A stretch of 60,930 nt of DNA, counting the filler, from Catajapyx aquilonaris (lineage: Eukaryota), in assembly GCA_000934665.2 (NCBI GenBank). It is 3 parts of 3 records of this genome, joined end to end, with 100 filler letters (N's around TTAATTAATTAA, not from the genome) between each part and the next. Parts side by side here need not be neighbours in the genome. Positions count along the whole stretch, not along the records: positions 20,383 to 40,578 come from JYFJ02006306.1; 2 more parts are not named here. One strand, given 5' to 3'. The notes under the pieces are model-generated. The model had not been told where the DNA came from and ran no database searches. It saw only the letters and a list, made by a program, of their open reading frames with translations. Of this stretch, positions 27,771 to 40,215 are shown piece after piece (positions within the stretch are counted from its first letter, which is position 1; each line of letters opens with the position of its first letter). Position numbers and translations under genes: made by a program.

Positions 27771-28546
27771 TGGGAATAAACCACTCTCTTTATGTAAAGG
27801 TGTGTCCTCCTCTCAGACAGGTCACGTCCTGTAATGTTCAGTGCACTTATATAGCCCTCGCAAAAAAATATCGGCATCCCTGATGGCAGCGTGTCTAGGG
27901 GCAACAATTGGACATTTCACACCTCTACATTTGCGACTTGTTTTAGCCCAACGAGCATACTGGCCGAATATTAACACGAGTTATGAATCACCTTGTATAA
28001 TGTATAGGGCATGCGGGTATGGATGTCACGTATTGAATAAGGCAGTAGGTTGCCGCCTCCATTATACGTATCCCGGTCGCCCACATTGCCCCCATTGAAA
28101 TTGTCCCGTAACACAAGTATGCAAGTCTAGGGGAGGGGTTTTCCCTTTGAAGAGAGCACAACCCCCCACCGCCCCAGGCCCGCGGGCCAAAAGTGTTGGG
28201 TATCATCCAGTGGATCCCTGATTACCCCCCTCCTCCTCTCATCTCTCTCTCTATAATATTCCCCCCCCCCCTCCTCTCATCCTTGGTGTGTTCCTCCTCC
28301 TCCCAAACCATGGGGCTCACATATCCCATTAGTCCCCACTAATTACTCCATCTTAATTAGCGGAGAGGGGATCCTCTTTCGCGATGCCAGCGGGGCCTTT
28401 GCCTCGTTCCACCAGCCCCGCGCACACTTTTCCAAGCGGTTTACAGCCATACGACACACTCATTTGGGTGCTACAACACCCGAACTCCGTGTAAACAGGC
28501 GTCGAAATTCAAATATGGCGCCAACAGCAAAATGGCGGACGACTTA

Positions 28547-28935
28547 TGACGTCAGAATCAACATGGCAGCTATCCATGACGTCAGAATCAACTTAGTGAC
28601 GTCAGAATCAACATGGCGGACTACTTATGACGTCAGAATCAACATGGCGGACGACTTATGACGTCAGAATCAACATGGCAGCTATCCATGACGTCAGAAT
28701 CAACTTAGTGACGTCAGAATCAACATGGCGGACGACTTATGACGTCAGAATCAACATGGCAGCTATCCATGACGTCAGAATCAACTTAGTGACGTCAGAA
28801 TCAACATGGCGGACTACTTATGACGTCAGAATCAACATGGCAGCTATCCATGACGTCAGAATCAACATGGCGGACTACTTGTGACGTTTTAGAATCAAGA
28901 TGACGTCCCGATGACGTCAAGAATTCAATATGGCG
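28547..28935 (+). repeat. Higher-order tandem repeat (30+20+31 = 81-bp unit) built on TGACGTCAGAATCAAC
   Basis: Monomers B tgacgtcagaatcaacatggcagctatcca, C tgacgtcagaatcaacttag and A tgacgtcagaatcaacatggcggacgactta, in order B-C-A-A-B-C-A-B-C-A-B-A, then degenerate. Confidence 0.95.
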
Positions 28936-29951
28936 GTGATGTGTCGCCAATTTGGTCCAAGTACAGAGGCCGTGCCGCCCATTTGGTTCCAGAGCAAACA
29001 GCCAATTAGGTCCCCTCTATTAGCTCTATTTATCCCACTTATCGAGTGCGCTGTTGGAATGAAAGCCAGTTGATGACGCGTGCGCCCCAATAGATCAGAG
29101 ACCGCTCCGATGCGTTGTGGCCTCATTGCATCAGTTGCTGCTAACTTTTGGCCACACGTGTACAACCCCCCCCTATAATATCCCTGTGTGTTTGTGACCT
29201 CCTTGGTGACCTCCCAGTGTCCCCCGGAGGCACCGACCAACGAACTAGCGTCAACCAGATTGGGGGACTCTGGAGGGCGCCTGGTCTATTGTTAACCCGG
29301 GGCGCCCCGCGGGCAAAAGACGCCCCGCCGATGCCGGGTTTTCTATACCTCATCAGGCATTTGACCAGAGAGGAAAAAATGGGGAGGGGGCGGGAGTGGG
29401 TGGGGAAGCCCTCCTACTGACCTCATCCCAGTTGGGGGTCATGCTCCACTTTGTGTGTGCAGGAATTAGGCGACCGTTTCACTGTAAATAAATAAACCTC
29501 CGGAGCTGACCAGTGTCCATTATTGTGCCGGGTGTCTGCTAATTAGGCTCTTCAGACGCGGCCTGATCTGATCCGAGGGCTCTTCAGAAGCCAACTGGAA
29601 GCTCCAGATACTCTTGTGACCTCCCCCCCTCCGTCTCTTCTTTTATATTATTACCCCTCCCTTATTCAAGTACGCTTCATCAAGCACCGACAATGCAACT
29701 CACCCCTCATATTTCCCTTTATGAAGCTGCTGTATGGGTCTGGCCACGGGTCATCTTTCATGACGTCATCCATATGGGTACACTGCTAGCTTCTAATGGC
29801 AAAAACCTTACTTACGACACACTAGACAAAAATCCTAAATTTGGGGGTAGTAGGACTCAAAAAAGTGGGGTTTTCAGGCTGTTCGCTCAATCAGCGGCAT
29901 GTAAACATTCAGTGTGGCAAATTTCAGCACTCTCAGTAGATAGAAAGTGCT

Positions 29952-30062
29952 ATCATCCCAAGTGATTTGGTCCTCTCCAGCATAATGGGATAGCATGTTA
30001 ACCAGAGTCTGGTTATATCGCTCTACCAAGCCATTAGCAGACGGGTGATAAGCTGTGGTCTG
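29952..30062 (-). mobile_element. Ty3/Gypsy-type LTR retrotransposon integrase fragment
   Basis: QTTAYHPSANGLVERYNQTLVNMLSHYAGEDQITWDD is the integrase core around the catalytic Glu. No other pol domains are visible. Confidence 0.85.
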
Positions 30063-31199
30063 TATCAGTAGCCCGGACAACGGACATATTCCGATTATAT
30101 GCGTAAGTTGTGTAGCACCCTGTATGACCATTTCTCCCCCTCCTAAGAAGGCAATGTGTTCCGTCACTGTTCCCCCCCTTGCCTTTTTATGGGTTGGCAA
30201 CGGCAGTCTGGCTGTCAACCCCCCACCAAAAATATAAGCGGAGGGAGAAGAAGGAAAGGACCAACCCCTATACCCCCATGGGACAGACCCCACCGAAATT
30301 CACGTGGCACTTTTGCATTGCCAGTGGCCTGATTCGATTGAATCCGGTGCAACTAGGTTAGGAAGGACCTCCCCTGGAGATGTACAGTCCTGAATATAAG
30401 GAGGCCGCGTCCGAATGCATCTCGATGGCAAAGCCACAATAACGTTCGTTTGGCTCGAGGCGCTGGTTACATAACCTACAGTAAGCCAGCCACCTGTTGA
30501 CTGATCGCAACGACCAACGACCAACGACCACAGTGTGAACCCGTTTTTTTTCTTTAAACAAAAAAAACTGATGACCGTGGCTTTGTGGCCTCCTTTTCCT
30601 CCTGATTAACCCCACGACGCCCCGAGACTGATCCGGCCAATCCTGATTGTGTCCCCCCCACCGCAAGTTAAAAGACCTGCCAGGGTAGCCAGATAATCCT
30701 TCTGGGATGAAGCCAATTCATTATGGGGACTGGGAGGATGGGGGGTGAGCTAACCCCTCAAAATTGGCCTCGGCAGCAAGTTCCCCCCCCCCCTTTTTTT
30801 TCTTTTCCTTTTTATCCATCATGTGGTCCTCCCTCTGATTGCCAGAGGACCGCAAAAGAAACCNCCGTTCTGTGCCCCCCCCCCCTCCTAAAAATCCTCC
30901 CCCCCCCCTCTTTTTTGACATAACGCGGTTAGACCCCTCGCCCACCTAACAACATTACGCCTTTCCATTTCCATTCTATTCCGGACCTTCATCACCATAA
31001 TTGACGCACTCTGTCGCCGTACGAAGGGGGGTCCTTACATATAGAGGGGGGGAGAGGGTGCCCTCGGATGACGTCACTTGACATGCCGGGTCAAGAGGTC
31101 ACGATATTGAGAAATACTGGGGAGGGGGGAAAATGGTATAAAGTACAGCACACGCCATCAACTACTTTCAATACATCCGTTGTTATAATGCGGTCGACT

Positions 31200-31990
31200 A
31201 GAAAAATCATCGCATTTTTCCAGGCCTGCGGTTTGAGAAACACTCGCTTCGCCCTCGTTTTTCTATGCCTGCGGTTCTGGAAACATCGCATCGGTTCGCT
31301 CACATTTTTAAGCACTGATTAAAAATGTGAGCGAAACGGGAAGCGAGTGTTTCTCTAACAGCATGATGCCGTTAGAGAAACACTCGCTTCGCTCTCGGTT
31401 TTAAAAGACTATAAATAGTGCAGCCCATTCTGTATTTCATTAGTAATGTATGTATGTAATGTATCATGCACCAATAGAAAAACTCGCTTCGATCGCATTT
31501 TTCTATGCCTGCGGTTAGAGAAACAACTCGCTTCGCTCTCGTTTTTAGTACTTGTAAATAGTGCTGCCTATTCTGTATTTTATTGGTCTGTATATGTAAT
31601 GTAAATACAGGGTGGACCAACTTCAAGTGTCGTTTTATAACGGCTATTAATAGAAGCGCTTAGATTGACGTAGCAGCGACGTGTAAAAAGGCCTACTTCG
31701 ATGGCGCCAAAGCTTGGCCGAAGTGGGACATTTTACACGTCGCTGCTACGTCATCGCAAAATCACTGCTATTAATCGCCGTTACAAAACGACACTTGAAG
31801 TTGGTCCACCCTGTATAAACTATAAAACTCGCTTCGCTCACATATTTTGTTCTATACCTGTGGTTATAGAGAAACACTCGCTTCGCTCACATTTTTCTAC
31901 GCCTGCGGTTAGAGAAACAACTCGCTTCGCCCTCGTGTTTTTAGTATACTGTAAATAGTGCAGCACATTCTGTATTATTTATTAGTGCTC
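31200..31990. repeat. Cluster of AAACACTCGCTTCGC / GCCTGCGGTTAGAGAAAC motif repeats, probably subterminal repeats of a DNA element
   Basis: About seven copies of ACTCGCTTCG in both orientations, interrupted by the MITE at 31608-31813. Confidence 0.6.
31608..31813. mobile_element. ~200-bp palindromic Tc1/mariner-type MITE, copy 1 of 3
   Basis: TA|CAGGGTGGACCAACTTCAAGTGTCGTTTT ... AAAACGACACTTGAAGTTGGTCCACCCTG|TA. Confidence 0.9.
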
Positions 31991-33453
31991 ATTCTCAGAT
32001 GACCTTATGCCGCATAGAGCATCAATAGTAATCGCGTGCTTGTCGCAAAAATCCGTCCGCAAAATTTATAGTGTACAGAGTGTGTCTTAAAGAGACGTCA
32101 CGTAACCTGGGGTATGTGAGACGCCAATATCGCATTATTATTTTTTTTTCCTCGTATGGCAAACACGCAGTTGGCGCGATAACCCCTCCGACTGACCTCC
32201 TTGCCCTCCAGATATAGATTTCAGCAGAGGTCAGCACAATGCTGAACGCAAGCCAAAAAAAGTGCTGTTCACCAAGAGCTTGGCAGACTGTTGGCCAATA
32301 TTTTGTACACATCAGAAGGTGAATTTTGCAAAATGACACCGTGCAATTGTGGCTGTTGTAAAGTCGGAATATTTGGCCAACAGGGTGAGCCATGTCGTCT
32401 TAATTTGACGTATCGGGCAGGTCATCTGTAGCCGATAACCCGGAGAGGCCAGGAGGTCATCGCGGTCCAAAGACTCAGACCCTGGTTTTTTTCATTTCTG
32501 ATTGCAACGGCAAAACACAAGTGTGGCAGATGTATGCGCAATAATTTTTCTCGTACACGCCGCATTTTAATAGTTTGTGACGAGCTCATAAACCGCTGAA
32601 TTTCTGAATGTCACATGTCGCAAACGATGGGTAAAATCCGCTCGTTTTTTTCCCCCTGTAACGAGCAGAGGGTGCGACTCATTAATTCTTGTAGTGTACC
32701 ACAAAAGGCGATTTGGGCTGTGGAAGACAACTCTAGAGGTCACACTCATTTATGTGACGTTGACATTTACAACCAACGCCTAGTTTTTTTTTGGAAGCTG
32801 AAAAACCACACCCCTAGCCCCCATAACGATTGGTACTTTCGCCCCCCCTTTTTCCCTCCACACAGCAGCATCACCATGGATCCAACCCAATGTCGTTATC
32901 CTAATTGCAAGCTCCCTCATCCCCACACAGCCAGGGCTAAATGCCACCACGCCGCTCAACTTTGCTCGCCTTTCCTGCGCAAAATGCGGGGCCATTTTCA
33001 TGCGAAAAATACAACCTACCCCCCCTCTCCCCAACTGTGGCGCCAGATGTCGTCGATGTCCTTTCCACGTGACGCCGCCAATTAGCCGCCGAGCAAAAAT
33101 GGGGATTAATGACAAACTACGTGTTCGTACCCAGCACCAAAAGGGGGGGAGGCATATAGGCACAATCGGTATATATGTAAAAAAAATCTATCTATAAAAA
33201 GACACATGGTGTGTCAAAAAACTGCCGGTAGATGGCAGGGTGTATGTGCTGACATCTAGTGGTAACGATGCTCTAAATGGCGCCCCCTAATATATTAATT
33301 TTAATATTAAAAAATCCGTTGTTTATTGCAAGCTTTGGCCGGATGCATATTGTTACCGATTGGCCTCCTCACACAACAATACGAATCGTCCTTTCGTTGA
33401 CAATGTTGACACATATTGTTGAGATCATTTTCCATTCTAATCACTTCGAAGAA

Positions 33454-33754
33454 TTTGTGCTAAAAGTATACGGTTGTAAAACAAAAATATATAGAAAGCC
33501 AATGTTTTTTCTAGGCCCGCGGCTTGCGGTGGTGCGCAGGACATGAATTATCGTCCCTCATTTATATATTGTTGAAATCATTTCCATGAAAACTTGAAAA
33601 AAGTGGGAGGGCCTAAAGTATTGTATGATGTCATTCACCAACAATATATAAATGAGGGACGGGAATTAACCGCAAGCCGCAGGCCTAGAAAAAAGCGAGC
33701 GAACCAGGGTTTGGTAGATAGTTTTTTTTTACAATTCCGTACTCTTAGCACAAA
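33454..33754. repeat. ~300-bp imperfect inverted repeat (MITE-like)
   Basis: Nested arms TTTGTGCTAA/TTAGCACAAA, TTTTCTAGGCC/GGCCTAGAAAA and TCCCTCATTTATATATTGTTG/CAACAATATATAAATGAGGGA. Confidence 0.75.
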
Positions 33755-35253
33755 CTGATTAGCACAAAATTGGTATAAAACTATGGTTTGATATTGTCAT
33801 CTTGTGGTTGGTCAGGCAGTTGACCATAATGCACCGAGTGTCACATAAACGAGTGTACAACATCGTGTATATAGCCATGGGATGAAGGAGAGGGGGAAAC
33901 AAAAAAAAAACCGGTTGTGGTCCTGCCCATTTTTACCTGAGTGCGACCACTGCCGGCTCTCGTTTCCCCCTGCCCGCCAGTCACGTTCTGAGGTCAAAGG
34001 TCGCCAGCATTGTTTGCGGTTCTCTGCGGCAGGGGTCACCCAAGAGGCCAACGCTTATTCCCGTTACACCCCGAGCACGTGCTTACACAAACATGTGTGA
34101 TACACCCCATGCACTTCCACTTTGCGATAAGACCAAAAAATCACCTTTTTGGTCGCCTCAATCATTACGGTGCACTGACCAAGTTCAACAAGCCAGCTGG
34201 TATCCCTAGCCTACGACACTTCCATCGCCTTTATTTATTACACGAGTAGCATGTTGGCTCTTCATGTTGTGTTAAGTTTCTCCCAGTCATTACAAAACAC
34301 CCTCTGCATGCAGGAGGGGTCTGCTGCGACAGTTCCCAAAATCAATGCAGTCCCTGTTCTCGGGAGGGTGCGTCGAGAGGTCAAAGGTCAGCCAGGAATT
34401 ACGATTTTTCCAAGGTTCAGACTTTCACGGGTTTAAAAAAAACACGGGGCCAGACACTCATTTTTCTCCTTTCAACATTTTCCCCCCGCCGTTTTAAGAA
34501 AGAAGTGCACAACTAGTATTTCAGTGGAGGTTTTAGCAGTACCAAAGATTGGACCCCTTTGGCTCCTGAGGGAAACCGCAAATTGGACCCGAGGAGACAC
34601 AGGTGTTGGCATTAACAGAACCTGATGACCCTCAGGCTGTCTCATAGGGCCGGAAGTGGTCAACCGCTGCATCCAAAGAGGAGGATTCAGGGTCGCTCCT
34701 CTTTTTTTTTCCTTCCAAAAGATGCTGCCACATTTTTTGGGGGGACCGGGTAACATGCAGCAGACTATATCCTTGACATTGAGCAGCAGGAAGGCGGAAG
34801 GGTGGCCCCCACAGTTATGGGCCCCATATCTCACAAGACTTCTCTCAAAAAGTTAAGCCATGTATTTTTTTCTTCTTCTTCTTCTCCATGGGCCTACCAC
34901 ACTCTCAGAAACCCCAAACTGCCACCATTTGTCTTCAGATTTTTTTTAAAAACAAAAATGAACCTCCCTGTTTTGTCAAACTAATAGTTCTGAAAAAATT
35001 GGGGGCGTTATTTACTCGCTTCTCCAGCAGATATTTACGTATTCTAGCTAATATGCTTATTCTCTCCGTCGGATGTTTGTCCGACCTGATAGTACCGCCA
35101 TTTCTCGGAGGGTGGCAGGAGTGTGCAGAGGGATTATGCGCCATCTATGCTCCAAGAAGCGTACTACGTGGTAAATCGGCGGGCCATCTAAATTAAACTA
35201 TTGTCACTGTCATACTGATGCCAAATTTTGGCAACGGGTTCACTAGTGACTAG

Positions 35254-35672
35254 TCTGCCGTCCCACGGAAAAAAGTCGTATCTGCAAAACCGTTAGAGAC
35301 GACTTTCCCACTCTAGAGCACTGGCAAGTCAACTCTAACGGTTTTGCAGATACGGCTTTTTTCCGTGGGACAGCAGAATTGGCTAGACGATACTCGGTCT
35401 GTCCAGCCTGGTAGTGGAATATCGTACCACGTTCAAGTGGGGACAGTTCTGCCGTCCGCTCAAAGAAAACCGTAACTCAAAATCCACTTCCCTTGCGGCG
35501 AGAAAAGTAAGCAAGTGTTACCGAAAGCATCCAAGAGGTGGCGTTGAAGGAAGTGAGAAAGGAATGGGCACCCAAACTCCACCTGTTGGATGATTTTGGT
35601 ACCACTACTTTTTTTTCTCGCCGCAAGGGAAAGTGGATGTTGAGTTACGGTCTTTTTCGAGCGGATGGCAGA
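35254..35672. repeat. Two adjacent related hairpin elements (35254-35377 and 35448-35672)
   Basis: Both begin TCTGCCGTCC and end GGA(C/T)(A/G)GCAGA, with long complementary arms. Confidence 0.75.
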
Positions 35673-36976
35673 GTTGCCAAGTTTGGCTGCTTTTTTTTGC
35701 TATGCTAATCCAAACAGACGTCGCATATTTAGTGACCACAACCGCGGCTGACCTCTCGTACATGTTCTTTTCCCCCTCAAGGAGCTGACCTTGACCTCTA
35801 GATGGGGGCGAAAGTGCCGGTTAGATATACGGTCCCGGCTCCTCCCCAGAAGCCTAAAGAGCTTCACCTGGAGGCCAGCCAGGTGTGATGTATAGACTCA
35901 CCAGGCGATAAATCAGGAAGGGTCCCACAGATTAGGCTCCGAAATATATATAAAAAATAAAGAGAGAAAAAGAGTGCCCTCTAGGGTTGGGACACTCTGA
36001 CCTCACCCCTATTAACACTGACCAGGGTTAATTAGGCCGCGATATAGTGGCGCGGCCTCACTCGGCCTGAAACAATAGAAGGGAAATGCGCTGTTGCCAT
36101 TTTCCCCCATTCACCGCTTTAAAAGAGCCCGGGCTGGCAACAATCAGCCCAACACTTTTCGTATGTAAAAAATGAGAATGATTAGGAAAAATCCGTTGCA
36201 TCCGGCGCCCTGTGAACCTACGCTCATTTCCGGTTTAAATGAAGTCGTTATTGCGAAGTCGGTATTTCTTTTATGAGCATTGTTGGCAGGGATTTTTCAA
36301 TCGCGATTGTCCCGCTTTAAAAAGTTGGCCGGGTTGTATTGATTATAGGGCGTCCATATAGAGTGTATAATGTGGACGCTGTAGACGCCATGGACGCCAT
36401 GCAGGTGGGTTCGTCTCCCGTGGGTTGGGTCGGGGCGAGTGCGCGTGCCCCGGGCCCCTCCAGTGGCGAGAGGGCGCCTAGGGTCGCAGACCTTTGCCCC
36501 ATCGATCCTCCCAGGGGCGTCGCGACGCTCATTGGGCGCCGGCTCCTTCCCCTTTTCAAACCAGCTCCGCCCACGCCTCCTCTTTCTGGCGCACTGCGGC
36601 AACTCACCTTTTCTACCAAAAGTCTACCCCCTTCCATCACCTGTGTGTCTATCTATAGCCTATGTGACATTGAAACACACACACACGACGAAATGTGCCA
36701 TTCGGTCATCCCCAATTGTCAATGAGAGTTTATCGCTGGACGCCGGCCGGTCATCAATAGACGCGCACAAAAACAGGGTCATTTTCACCCCGGATTCGCT
36801 TTTGTTGTGCCGCCCGCCCGGAAAGACTCGCATTTTATTACCCGGATTTGGCAAAAAAAATGCAAAAAAAATATATCAGGGGGTCGAAAAATTGGTGGTA
36901 CGAGGGTCCGCAAATTAAATTGTACTTTGTTCTGCTGCATGACCCTTTCAGACACGTAATTACAGGGTACTGAATC

Positions 36977-37675
36977 TGCCAAAATTATGGCCACTAATCA
37001 GGTTGAATTTGTAGTGTTAATTGCTGAAATTAATCCGTATAGGACATACAGGGTGTTTCAACTGTTTTGTCCGAACTGTTATCGGAGAATTTCACGTAGC
37101 TGCTACTTTGTAAGCAGCGACTTCCAACCGGTGATTTGTGGGGGAAAAAGAGGGTCACACATCCCATGGCATGTGTGACCCTCTTTTTTTTCCAGGCTTG
37201 ACCCTCAATTTTCAGCGGGCAGCGCGTATGCCACTTCAACCTACGATTCGCAGGGAATATTCCCCGTTCCTCCGAAAAAAAATCACCGTTTGCAAGTCAC
37301 TGCTTACAAAGCAGCAGCTCGTGCAATTTTCCGATAACTGTTCGGACAAAAAAGTTGAAACATCATGTATACCTAAAAGCTGCATAAAAGGACATACAGG
37401 GTGGTCCAAGTTCAAGTGTCGTTTTATAACGGCGATTAATAGAAGCGCTTAACGATGACGTAGCAGCGACGTGTAAAATTGCCCACTTCGATTGCGCCGA
37501 AGTGGGACATTTTACGCGTCGCTGCTACGTCATCGCAAAATCACTGCTATTAATCGCCGTTATAAAACGACACTTGAACTTGGACCACCCTGTATAAGCA
37601 GCTTTTTAGGTATATAGATTAATTTCAGCAATTAACACTACAAATGCAACCTGATTAGTGGCCATAATTTTGGCA
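36977..37675. mobile_element. Inverted-repeat element carrying two nested TA-flanked MITEs (37049-37367 and 37397-37592)
   Basis: Outer arm TGCCAAAATTATGGCCACTAATCAGGTTG..GCTGAAATTAATC and its complement at ~37617-37675. Both inner elements start CAGGGTG; 37397-37592 is copy 2 of the 31608 family. Confidence 0.85.
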
Positions 37676-37986
37676 TATTGTATAGTAGATGCCATAGTTT
37701 TCACTTTCCCTGTTCAACAATTAGTAGTCAGAGAGGGTGGGACCCACTTCAATGAGAGGCTGGTTATATAGCACGCTGGTGGGCTTTGTCCACACGGTGA
37801 CTCATCACCAACGTGCATGTAGTACTACTTTCCCCTATAAGCACGACAGTAGTGTGCGGAAAGGGAGCCTATGCGCCAACTGGTAGTGGCATATCGTACT
37901 ACGCCCAAGTGGAGGGGCGGGCCAAGCAGTGTAGCCAAAATTTGGCAACGACTCCTCTACTAGTTTGTAATAAACGGCATAATATA

Positions 37987-38449
37987 CAGGTTGTGCCATA
38001 TATTCGTGGGTAGTTTTTTAAATAACTGATATCGCCTGATAGTAGTTATTTTTTGTAGCTTGTTGTGCTCCATTACGGCTCCCAGGGGGTCGAATATAGC
38101 AGTTGCTATATACAGGGTGGTCCAAGTTCAAGTGTCGTTTTATAACGGCGATTAATAGAAGCGCTTAACGATGACGTAGCAGCGACGTGTAAAATTGCCC
38201 ACTTCGATCGCGCCGAAGATGCGCCGAAGTGGGACATTTTACGCGTCGCTGCTACGTCATCGCAAAATCACTGCTATTAATCGCCGTTATAAAACGACAC
38301 TTGATATTGGACCACCCTGTATAGAGTAGGGAACCTATAGTTAGGGGCACAACAATAGAACAATTTACAAAAAAAATAATAACTAGGGTGCTATTAGGCG
38401 ATATCAGTTATATATATTTTAAAACGATCCACGAATTTGGAACACCCTG
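37987..38449. mobile_element. Degenerate MITE of the 10545-11145 family with nested MITE copy 3 (38113-38319)
   Basis: Outer ends CAGGTTGTGCCA / TTGGAACACCCTG; inner TA|CAGGGTGGTCCAAGTTCAAG...GGACCACCCTG|TA. Confidence 0.8.
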
Positions 38450-39719
38450 CTGGTATAATTTGACAAAAAAAATTCACCGCCGCATAATCAATTTCGCACA
38501 ACGGGCTAACAATTGCGAAAAATTCCAAGGAATGCTGCCTGATCAGTGATCAAGAAGAATAAAGTGACCATGAGGGATGCGATGTGGTCTGGCTTGAACG
38601 GGGGACAATTGGCGACAGATTTCACTTTTTTTTTCTTTTCTTCTCCTATAGGCGTCACATCAGCCCCGCAAGGCAGGATTTCTCAGAGGCGTGACAAACA
38701 GATCTGAATTCCTAAATATATTTCCCCGGCTCCATCACATAATATGTTGGCAACACTGGTGATATGATGCAGCGGCGTGTCATCAGTGACATGTGTTTTC
38801 CCAGCGTGAGAGTGATCGCCCCCCTCTCGCGCCTGGCTGCACATGCCGACAGCCCCAAAGCCCAGGATTAATTAGCCGTCGACGGACATACGATCATATA
38901 TATATACCATGTACGCGGTGAGACTGATTGTTCACTCCAGCAACCGGTTGCTGCGTTGAACACAACTAAACCCGGGGTGGTTGAAACCTCCCAAGGTAGC
39001 AGCAGCCAGCAGCATTGGTCTGGCCGCCTGACAAGTCGACCTTCCTTTCGAGTTGGGGGGTTTTTGGAGAGTGATTGACACTTCAATCGAGACGATACCA
39101 GGATAAAGTGAGCGATCCGAACCCTCCCGCTGGGAGACCAAAATTGCGCCTCGTGCATCTTCAACCCATATAGGACATACTATAAAGAGTGAGCGAGGCT
39201 AAATAAACTCGCGCGTTTGTTTGGAGTGACTTTTCTGCTGTGTTATCAATCAGCACTTGCCCTATTGCCCCCTGAGTATATGGTATATAACCCAGCAATA
39301 ATGAAATGAATGCCCTGTTGGCAAGTGCTGCTAAAGCGCCCTTATCACATTGCCAGCACTGTTATTTCCTGGACCTCGTTATTACTGCAGCCTAGGCGAT
39401 AGCAGGGCCCTCGCAATCTGACCCCTACGGCCAGCACTATATAATTCACAGTCACTATATATAAAACAAAAATGGAGCAAAACTATTTTGAAGCATCGGC
39501 AGTATGTGCCACTTGTTGTATTCCGCTTATTAACCCAGGTCCGGAGTCCTCCAGAGAGATGCCCAGAGGGGGGGGGGAAAGAATTCGAGGTCATATTATT
39601 CATATACGCTCCAATGATATGAGGTACTCCAGTGTATTTATGATTGCTTTATTGCTTATTAGTACACATTTATTACCAAACGTACATTCAATCATCAGAC
39701 ATTATTTGAAATCATAAGC

Positions 39720-40215
39720 AATCATTCGCAATCACTAGTAATCACGTGTAATCGTGCCTAATCACGAGCAGTCACGTGTAATTGTGGATATTCACAAGTA
39801 ATCAATAAGTAATTATGGGTAATCACACGTAATTATTACTAGTAACAAAGAATCATTAGATATCATTAAGTAATTATGAATAATAACAAGTAATCACACG
39901 TAATTATGAGTAATAACAAGTAATCATTATGTAATTATGAGTAATAGCAAGTAATCATTATGTAATTATGAGTAATCACGAGTAATAACAAGTAATCATT
40001 ATGTAATTATGAGTAATCACGAGTAATAACAAGTAATCATTATGTAATTATGAGTGATCACGAGTAATAACAAGTAATCATTATGTAATTATGAGTAATC
40101 ACGAGTAATAATTACGAGCATTCCCTAGTAATAATACGTAATCACGAGTAATCACAAGTAATAATGAGTAATCACGAGTAATCACAAGTAATAATGAGTA
40201 ATCAAGAGTAATCTC
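39720..40215 (+). repeat. AT-rich tandem repeat of GTAAT-based 10-11-mers with a ~41-bp higher-order unit
   Basis: AAGTAATCATTATGTAATTATGAGTAATCACGAGTAATAAC repeated several times with degenerate flanks. Confidence 0.9.

Noticed and set aside
28464..28884. Repetitive-peptide ORFs (TYDVRINMAAIHDVRIN)
   Set aside because: They are translations of the 81-bp tandem repeat, not a gene.
28547..28935. CRISPR-like array
   Set aside because: The inter-repeat segments are themselves repeated (three monomer types), there are no unique spacers or cas genes, and the context is eukaryotic.
28466..30120. Paired LTR termini from GGGTGCTACA / TGTAGCACCC
   Set aside because: Only a 10-bp match; no matching LTR pair, PBS or PPT could be identified.
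39900..40100. ATTATGTAAT (PAR/D-box consensus) repeats as targets of the nearby PAR-bZIP
   Set aside because: They are part of a simple satellite on a different contig, across an artificial linker.
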